From the sequence record MW971521.1: 32,000 nucleotides of DNA; one strand, given 5' to 3'. Both the position numbers and the translations under genes were made by a program. Positions 25,255 through 32,000 of this stretch are shown in pieces; within the stretch, counting starts at the first letter, position 1; the number at the start of each line of letters is the position of its first letter. A model generated the notes under the pieces. The model saw only the letters and a list, made by a program, of their open reading frames with translations, had not been told where the DNA came from and searched no databases.

Positions 25255-25326
25255 CTCTTCAGGTTGGATTTGAACCAACGACCAGGTGGTTAACAGCCAC
25301 TTGCTCTACCACTGAGCTACAGAAGA
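25255..25326 (-). tRNA. trnN(guu): tRNA-Asn (GUU)
   Basis: Read on the minus strand: acceptor tcttctg/ctgaaga with one mismatch, D arm gctc-agtggta-gagc, anticodon stem agtgg/ccacc with loop ctGTTaa, T arm gttgg-ttcaaat-ccaac. Confidence 0.88.
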
Positions 25327-25331
25327 GTACA

Positions 25332-26066
25332 CTAAGCTTTTTTAATGTGACCAATAACAGAGTTTAAATTTAAATAATGATTAAAAATTGGCATCAAGTT
25401 TAAGTCTTTTGAATAAACAAATAAAACTTGAAGAGTCTTATAATTCACTAATAAATGCTTCGGCGGCACTGGCCAAAAGTTAGATTTATCAAGACTTTTT
25501 TTAACTAAAGCTCGTGACTTTGAACTGTGTGCAATTTCAATTAAATCGTTTGGTCTTAAGAGATAAGACTTACTTTTTACAGGCTGACCGTTTACCAATA
25601 CATGACCATGCAAGATTAATTGAGAAGCTTCTTTTATACTTAAACTAAAACTAATTCTATAAATTACAGTATCTAACCTACTTTCGAAAAACCTTAAGAT
25701 ATTGTATCGGAAGTCTACTAAATTAGGATTAATATCGTTTTTAACACTAATAGCTCGAAGAATGGACTTTTTTAAATACTTTTTTTTCAAACCACCATAA
25801 AAAAGGCTAAAGAATTTTCTTTGATATAAATTATTTTTAAATTTTCTTTGTAACGAGTTTCCTCGACTAGCAAACTTCGGAGCTGACAACTGAAATTGAT
25901 CTTTTATCTTGAATCGTTTATAAAATCCAAGTTGATTTTCTGAATATTTTTGAAATCTTTGCCATTTTTGTTTTTTGAATCTAAACAACTTTGCTCGATT
26001 TTGAACATTTTGCCTTAGCCTCAAAAACTGTTTATAAAAAGGTTTATATCGTTTTTTATATTTCAT
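25332..26066 (-). CDS. rps4: ribosomal protein S4
   Basis: The S4 RNA-binding domain is visible in RLDTVIYRISFSLSIKEASQLILHGHVLVNGQPVKSKSYLLRPNDLI. The N-terminus is basic. Confidence 0.88.
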   Translation of the reverse strand: MKYKKRYKPFYKQFLRLRQNVQNRAKLFRFKKQKWQRFQKYSENQLGFYKRFKIKDQFQLSAPKFASRGNSLQRKFKNNLYQRKFFSLFYGGLKKKYLKKSILRAISVKNDINPNLVDFRYNILRFFESRLDTVIYRISFSLSIKEASQLILHGHVLVNGQPVKSKSYLLRPNDLIEIAHSSKSRALVKKSLDKSNFWPVPPKHLLVNYKTLQVLFVYSKDLNLMPIFNHYLNLNSVIGHIKKA

Positions 26067-26110
26067 ATTAAAATAAAGTTGTTACTATAAACAATGGAAC
26101 GTTTCTTTTT

Positions 26111-26788
26111 TTAAAACTTTTTTCTATGCTTACTAAAAAGTCGCGGATTTTGTGAAACTGGGATAGATTTTATTTGTTTGGATTTTAAGGTTTTAAAAAG
26201 AAAATTTAAACCTATAAAAAAAATGTTTTTATCGAACGCTGTTAATATATTTTTAAAATTTCCATTTATAAAATAAGAACCCTGAATTATAAAATCTCGA
26301 AAATCAATATTGATAGCAAAAGCTATTACAGGAACTTTTGCTCCCCAAGCTTCCGAAAAAACAGTATGACTTTTATCATGGTCAAACAAAATAATAAGAT
26401 CAGGGGCTTTTGCTAATTTAGGAGCTATTGCTGCTGAGTAATGTTTTGAAAATCTTTGTTTAGAGTTTTTCACATCTAACAACAAATTTGACTTATTATT
26501 TGAAATAATTCCTTGAATATTAAAACTGTTTGATACCGCTACATGTTGGTTAAATGAATTAATTTTAAACTCTAATTTAGATGGTAATCCAATAAATAAA
26601 ATACGTTTATTGGCTTGATTATATTGATAAATAATTTGTAACGCTTTTTTAACACCAATAAGAATCTGATCTAAGTTTCTCTTCTTTAAATCATTAAAAT
26701 TCGTTTTTTTAATAGGGTATTCATAAATTCGAGATTTTAACAAATGCAATTTTAAAAGTTGTTTAGTTTTAAATTTTTTTGTTTTCAT
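26111..26788 (-). CDS. rps2: ribosomal protein S2
   Basis: Carries KRILFIGLP and PDLIILFDHDKSHTVFSEAWGAKVPVIAFAINIDF...INGNFKN, matching the S2 pattern PdxxxvxDxxxexxAxxEAxxlxIPvxaxxDtn...PgNd. Confidence 0.8.
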   Translation of the reverse strand: MKTKKFKTKQLLKLHLLKSRIYEYPIKKTNFNDLKKRNLDQILIGVKKALQIIYQYNQANKRILFIGLPSKLEFKINSFNQHVAVSNSFNIQGIISNNKSNLLLDVKNSKQRFSKHYSAAIAPKLAKAPDLIILFDHDKSHTVFSEAWGAKVPVIAFAINIDFRDFIIQGSYFINGNFKNILTAFDKNIFFIGLNFLFKTLKSKQIKSIPVSQNPRLFSKHRKKF

Positions 26789-27363
26789 TAAATTTTTTTA
26801 CCTTTTTTTAAAATTATTTTTTCTTGATCGTATAATATGCCTTTCCCTTTGTAAGGTTCTGGTAGTTTACAATTTCTAATTTGAGCAGCTGTTTGCATCA
26901 ACAGATCATAAGAACTGTTTCCAAAAAGGAACAGTTTAGTGAATTTTTGACAATGTGAACCTATTCTTGAAGGTATTCGAAAATAAACTAAGTGACTATA
27001 GCCAAGTTTTAAATATACTTGATTTACCAAATTTTCATGCGTGAACACTCGATAACCCACACCAACTAAATTTAATTTACAGTACAATGTATGCGTGATC
27101 TCTATTAAGATTTGTTTAATTTTAGCGATCGTTGTGCCTTGTATTTTTTTTATATCCTTAATACGTAACACAGACTTATCTTCAATGGATACTTGACTTG
27201 CTACAATCAAATTAGACGCTGGTATTAAGAAAAGTTTAATTTTCAGTTTGAGCGATTTTGTGAATAATGGCCCCATAAAAGTTATTATATTTTTTTTATC
27301 ACAATAAATAATTTGAATATTTTTTGGTATTTTTATAGAATATCTTTTTTTTAAATTTTTCAT
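26788..27363 (-). CDS. rpl6: ribosomal protein L6
   Basis: Carries LNLVGVGYRVF, LKLGYSHLVYFRIP and PEPYKGKGILYDQEKIILKKGKK. Its stop overlaps the rps2 ATG as TAATG. Confidence 0.88.
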   Translation of the reverse strand: MKNLKKRYSIKIPKNIQIIYCDKKNIITFMGPLFTKSLKLKIKLFLIPASNLIVASQVSIEDKSVLRIKDIKKIQGTTIAKIKQILIEITHTLYCKLNLVGVGYRVFTHENLVNQVYLKLGYSHLVYFRIPSRIGSHCQKFTKLFLFGNSSYDLLMQTAAQIRNCKLPEPYKGKGILYDQEKIILKKGKKI

Positions 27364-27753
27364 TTAATTAATCACAACAAGAGGTTCTCCTCCAATTTTA
27401 TATTTTTTACATTGATTAATTGTTTTCAAACCTTTGTTCGTTGAAAAAACAATAAAAGTTTTACTAGAATCTAGTTTCCAAATTTGTTTAGCAGAATAAT
27501 AAAGCCGCTGACCTGGTTTAGACAAGCATTTCAGCGAATTTATAACAGGCTTTCCTGCTCGACTATATTTCAAAAAAATTTCAATTTTTTTATTATTTTG
27601 TACGAAAATTCTATAACCAGAGATGAATCCTTCATCCCACAAAATTTTTAAGAACGATTCACAAATAGTTTTTCTCGATTCTAGAATTATACTTTTTTTT
27701 GCCATTTGACCATTTTTTATGTTCGCGAACATATTCCACAAATAGTTTTTCAT
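27364..27753 (-). CDS. rps8: ribosomal protein S8
   Basis: The start MKNYLWNMFANIKNG fits the S8 N-terminus (xxdmlxxIrNa), and the ORF ends GGEPLVVIN. The ATG is at 27753. The longer ORF reaching 27798 runs into trnF. Confidence 0.85.
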   Translation of the reverse strand: MKNYLWNMFANIKNGQMAKKSIILESRKTICESFLKILWDEGFISGYRIFVQNNKKIEIFLKYSRAGKPVINSLKCLSKPGQRLYYSAKQIWKLDSSKTFIVFSTNKGLKTINQCKKYKIGGEPLVVIN

Positions 27754-27766
27754 TCTTACATTAACA

Positions 27767-27839
27767 TGTTCGAAGGCAGACTCGAACTGCCGACACAAGG
27801 ATTTTCAGTCCTTTGCTCTACCTACTGAGCTATTCGAAC
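27767..27839 (-). tRNA. trnF(gaa): tRNA-Phe (GAA)
   Basis: Read on the minus strand: acceptor gttcgaa/ttcgaac, D arm gctc-agtaggta-gagc, anticodon stem aagga/tcctt with loop ctGAAaa, T arm ggcag-ttcgagt-ctgcc. Confidence 0.92.
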
Positions 27840-27877
27840 ATAAAAAAAACTATGACTACGCTATAAATGTAAAAGTT

Positions 27878-28636
27878 TTAATGTAATGCTTCACTATCAT
27901 TTAAGTAGATACAAGTCAGAGTCACGAAGACATATGCTTGAATTACGGCTACAGCAAGCTCCAAGCCCATTAATATAACTAAAATTAACAATGGAATAAT
28001 AAAAGCAATTGCTGCTAAGTTTTCTGCTAACAGCATACTCCATGAAAAACCAACAATAACTTTTAGTAAAGTGTGTCCTGCTAGTAAATTAATAAATAAC
28101 CGAGCACCTAAACTAATAGGCTTAGCTAAATAAGACATTAGTTCAATAGGAACTAATACCAATGCTAAAAAGAAGCCCGTGTTCGACGGTAAAAATAATG
28201 AAAAAAATTCAAGACCGTGTTTTTGAAAACCAATTATGGTCATACCTACAAAAATTGAAAAAGACATAAAGAATGTAAGCGTTGCATAACTAGTAGTAGT
28301 GAAACTATAAGGCACTAAACCGAGCAGGTTATTAGACAGAATAAACATAAAGACAACAGTTAAAAACGGAAGATATTTCTCGCTACCTGTTGAAATGATT
28401 TCTGATAAAAGGCCAACTACAAGTGCATACAATTTTTCAATTAAGTTTTGCCAACCACTAGGAATTACAAAAAATGAATTGGTTTTTATATCTTTAATAA
28501 AAAATACATAACTTTGTAAAGTGAAAAGAGCCAAGAGCGATGCTAAAAAGAAATTTGTAAAAGATAAATCAACGCCAGCAATTACAAAGCTGATAAGAGG
28601 AGCTATTTTAAATTGATCTAAAGGGCTATACACCAT
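27878..28636 (-). CDS. atp6: ATP synthase F0 subunit a
   Basis: Carries SPLDQF at the N-terminus, plus PISLGARLFINLLAGHTL and VAVIQAYVFVTLTCIYLND. Confidence 0.95.
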   Translation of the reverse strand: MVYSPLDQFKIAPLISFVIAGVDLSFTNFFLASLLALFTLQSYVFFIKDIKTNSFFVIPSGWQNLIEKLYALVVGLLSEIISTGSEKYLPFLTVVFMFILSNNLLGLVPYSFTTTSYATLTFFMSFSIFVGMTIIGFQKHGLEFFSLFLPSNTGFFLALVLVPIELMSYLAKPISLGARLFINLLAGHTLLKVIVGFSWSMLLAENLAAIAFIIPLLILVILMGLELAVAVIQAYVFVTLTCIYLNDSEALH

Positions 28637-28660
28637 TTATTTTATTTAACTCAATAAATT

Positions 28661-28986
28661 TTATTGATGTGCAGTTTCACTTTCTCTATTTGAATAGAAC
28701 GCTTCAAAAATAAGAACAAAGAAAAACACAAACGACGCTGCTGAGATATAAGAACCCCAAGAAGCAATTTTATTGAATAAATAGAAAGCATCTGGATAAT
28801 CCGGAATTCGTCGAGGCATACCCGCAGCACCTAACCAGTGCATCGGGAAAAATGTTAAATTCACGCCTACAAAGAAAGTCCAAAAATGAATCTGAGCTAA
28901 AATTTCAGAGTATGTAACTCCAGTGATTTTTTGAAACCAATAGTACTGGCCAGCGAATATTGAAAAAACAGCTCCCATTGAAAGAA
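28661..28986 (-). CDS. cox1: cytochrome c oxidase subunit 1, terminal exon
   Basis: Encodes (V)[12 protein letters not shown]...[23 protein letters not shown] up to the stop. Joining the g at 30696 to the tt at 28986-28985 restores the conserved HFHY-VLSMGAVF. Confidence 0.9.
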
Positions 28987-29031
28987 GTTGGATGGGGAAC
29001 TAATCCTTTTACATACTAATTCCCTTCCACC

Positions 29032-29065
29032 GAACCGTACGTACGACTTTCGCCGTATACGGCTC
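29032..29065 (-). other. group II intron domain V (catalytic hairpin) of the downstream cox1 intron
   Basis: 9-bp lower stem containing the AGC triad, a 2-nt AC bulge, a 5-bp upper stem and a GAAA tetraloop. Confidence 0.9.
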
Positions 29066-29327
29066 TCAACCTAGAACATTTTGACGCAATTTTAATGATT
29101 CATTTCGGAAACTAACATTTAGTCGGCGCATTAATTAATCATGAATTAAAGCTTTTGCTCCACATCCTTACCCATACCAAAGGATAAAGAGACATGCTTA
29201 TAGCGCGAGGGGCAAGTCGTATGCTATTATCTCTTACTATTACAAGGATCTCTTTATGATATTTAATATGACAAGACTTGCAAAGTGGGATTTGCTTACG
29301 ATTCATACGGATCATATTATCTAATAG

Positions 29328-30432
29328 TCAGTCAAGTTTCCTCTTGCGCTTGCTGAGACTCCAAACATGATGTATTTCGATATTATCTTCCACTCCACAC
29401 ATCTTACACGGTCCTATAAAATCCATTCTACCTCGACCAATCTTTTTACTAAAGCCAGTGATCATTTGATCAGGTTTAACCGACAGTAGTGGATCGAAAT
29501 TTTCTCGGTCTTTTATAATCAAACGTAGAATAAGATGTACTAATCTTACCTTCTTCATCTTTAACTTCCAGATTTGGACCATACTTATTAAAAAACCGCT
29601 TCTTAGTACGAAGCCTCATTTTGGATGCAATAATAAGCACGCAGGAATATTTAAGAATGTAATGTATTCTGGCAGCCAGTCTGCCGTAGTTATTAGCCAT
29701 ACAGTAGTACCCTAAAATACCTCTTTCAATACTACGATAGTGATTAATAATATCTGCTATAGAGAGATGGATAAACCTACCATTTCTGGTGAGGTTTCCT
29801 ATACCCTTAGCAAATTTATTATCCTTCAGGTCTTGGACCTTCTTCAGTACAAGGGCATCAGAATCAGGCGAGACGTGAGCCTCCTTAATTTTTCTCTACT
29901 GTCTATCCAGGTATATAAATACGTATTGCTGTACTAAAACTAAATTTCCCATTGGTAAATTCTGTTGACACTTTCTCAAACCAATCTCTATCAATTCCAT
30001 CTAAAGTTTCCGGAGTTAAAGCGAACGTGGTCTTACCTTGTTTAGATTTAATTTTGTGCCAACATCCAATAAGAAAATCAGGTCTGACATAATAACCTAA
30101 AGATTGTTACATTTCTTGCCATTCTCTAAGTTTCTGAAAAATTTGTCAAATTCCAAACTGCCGTCATAACCCGAAAGCAATGATTTCCGTTTGGAATCTA
30201 GGCTAGTCCCCTTCCCGGGATGCTTCCCTCTCATTTGAGAGTTACATTTAATGAGACCGGTACTATGGAACCTCCGTACCCCCTGAGCTTTCGCCGAGCG
30301 GGGTATCCCGTATTTCACTTGAACTCGTCGTGTAATTACCTTAGGCTTCCCATCTCCAAAACTATTAACTATAGCTGTCTGCTTCAATCGAACCGGCGTA
30401 ATTGAGACTACGTAATTAATTACGCCCTGCAC
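29328..30432 (-). pseudogene. degenerate reverse transcriptase/maturase/HNH intron ORF, broken into at least 3 frames with RT blocks 3-7 deleted
   Basis: The first piece holds RT blocks 0-2: GCWHKIKSKQGKTTFALTPETLDGIDRDWF...FSFSTAIRIYIPG, ending at TAG 29905-29903. The second piece is maturase domain X: RGILGYYCMANNYGRLAARIHYILKYSCVLIIASKMRL..KYGPNL (29476-29700 and upstream). The third piece is the HNH tail: CKMCGVEDNIEIHHV (29328-29582). Only about 65 codons separate IPG from domain X, so the YADD palm region is missing. Confidence 0.8.
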
Positions 30433-30621
30433 CGGAAATTTATGTATAAAACGCGAAATCTGGGGGACTTCTGACCCCGACAGAGACTTAAGGGATTCGT
30501 CATCCTAACCATAGTAATTTTTATCTCGGGACCCACTATTACAGGGCCCCTTTTCAAACATGCTGTGGTCCCCTTACGAGTTAGCCTCTCAGGGTAAGTT
30601 CGATGATTTACTTCATAATTA

Positions 30622-30987
<366 letters not shown>

Positions 30988-31004
30988 TCACAGAACTTCT
31001 ATCC

Positions 31005-31038
31005 GAACTCAGCGTGAAGGTTACCCCTCGCAAAGCTC
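31005..31038 (-). other. group II intron domain V of the upstream cox1 intron
   Basis: 34-nt hairpin with the AGC triad, a GNRA (GTAA) tetraloop and a 2-nt AC bulge. The architecture matches the other intron. Confidence 0.85.
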
Positions 31039-31059
31039 TCCGGTTTATTCTAACAATAT

Positions 31060-32000
31060 CTAATTTTTTTCAGGTTTACCTGATTTAGAAGCCTTCATAA
31101 TTAATGCTTCCGCCTTGGCTTTATTAAAGCCCACACCATTTTCTTTAAAATAATTAAAGAGACTTTTTAAAGATTCTCCGTCATATTTGCCTGCATGAAT
31201 TAAACCGTGATGAAATTTGCATACTGGTAAAGTTTTACGGTTGACCAATCTCATGGCTTCCAAATAAAAGTCATAAGTACCAGACTTTTTTTTAGAAAGA
31301 GTCTTACGAACATGTTTAACGTGATGCACTTCAGCGGACTCCCCGCAAATGACACAAGGCCATTTTATTAGATGCTGTTTTGCAACTTTCAAATTAGCTA
31401 ATAGTAATTGTTCAATACTCGTTATGTCAGAAAATGAGACGTGAGAACTTTTCACATTTTTCTTAAATTTGGAGTTAGACAAAAAACCATACGACGCAAT
31501 AGTTTTATTTTTGTTATCTCGAATGGTAAGTTCTGGCCCATATTTTTTAAAAATTTTGGGAACTTTACTCTTAGTTTTATGAGCGATTGTCATTGCGGTA
31601 CAGTACAGACCATAATAATTGTAAAGGGTTTTAGCATCATACCAATTATGAGCAAAGCCATAGTAGTTAGCAAGGCCACGAAACACCGCTTTATTGTACA
31701 GTACAATGTTAGCGATATCGAATTGTAATGCAGACTTAAAACTAGTCGGAAAAAATTTTCCAGCTTTGTAGCGGACCAATCCTTTGTCGACAAGTTTGCG
31801 GAGTACATTATTCATACTAAACGTGATCCTAATACGAGGGATTTGCATAGTGGCTCTTCTAAATTTCGAGCTCATTTTAACTCGATCTAGTTTCCCTAAC
31901 GGGTTGACATCAGATTTTTTTGACGGTAGTTTACTTGGGGATTGCCAAATTTGAAAGCCTAGAAAGTTAGCTTTTTCTTTTTTCAAGAAAGTAATACGTG
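31060..32000 (-). CDS. group II intron-encoded protein, C-terminal part (end of RT, maturase domain X, HNH endonuclease); N-terminus lies outside the window
   Basis: The frame stays open to nt 32000, so the TTG at 31986 is not a real start. It contains FLGFQI (RT block 7), RGLANYYGFAHNWYD (domain X) and CVICGESAEVHHVKHVRK...LPVCKFHHGLIHAGKYDG (HNH/zinc-finger domain). Confidence 0.85.
   Translation of the reverse strand, partial: RITFLKKEKANFLGFQIWQSPSKLPSKKSDVNPLGKLDRVKMSSKFRRATMQIPRIRITFSMNNVLRKLVDKGLVRYKAGKFFPTSFKSALQFDIANIVLYNKAVFRGLANYYGFAHNWYDAKTLYNYYGLYCTAMTIAHKTKSKVPKIFKKYGPELTIRDNKNKTIASYGFLSNSKFKKNVKSSHVSFSDITSIEQLLLANLKVAKQHLIKWPCVICGESAEVHHVKHVRKTLSKKKSGTYDFYLEAMRLVNRKTLPVCKFHHGLIHAGKYDGESLKSLFNYFKENGVGFNKAKAEALIMKASKSGKPEKN

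Noticed and set aside
31441-31808. ORFs at 31441-31728 (+) and 31590-31808 (-)
   Set aside because: They are alternative-frame or antisense ORFs inside the well-supported intron-encoded protein frame.

Overview
This window is a gene-dense, very AT-rich mitochondrial genome segment, not a bacterial accessory region. The gene set (tatC, many rps/rpl genes, nad1-7/9/11, atp6/8/9, cob, cox1-3), the split nad11 and the group II introns in cox1 fit an ochrophyte (stramenopile) mitochondrion, most like a diatom. That taxon call is an inference from gene content and order. I can support 37 protein genes or gene pieces, 25 cloverleaf tRNA genes, one tRNA-like element and two group II introns in cox1, one of them running off the 3' edge of the window. 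The standard genetic code applies: TGA is used as a stop and trnW carries anticodon CCA. Genes lie in alternating strand blocks: + for 1-14709, - for 14755-19090, + for 19123-19890, - for 19882-20686, + for 20731-21450, and - for 21439 to the end. I see no CRISPR array, defence island, rRNA gene or transposon other than the introns. The points worth a second look are organelle-specific:
- nad11 is split into two separately encoded halves on opposite strands, and both halves keep a copy of the junction peptide.
- nad2 carries an in-frame expansion of about 165 codons.
- A 64-nt tRNA-like element that cannot form a cloverleaf sits between cob and nad2.
- There are three unassigned ORFs: one rpl31-like, one rpl10-like, and one Cys-rich membrane ORF.
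- A GC-rich cluster of palindromes sits at a convergent strand switch.
- A GC-rich group II intron has a decayed reverse-transcriptase ORF, next to a second intron whose ORF looks intact.
Every homology call comes from reading motifs by eye, and no database search was run.
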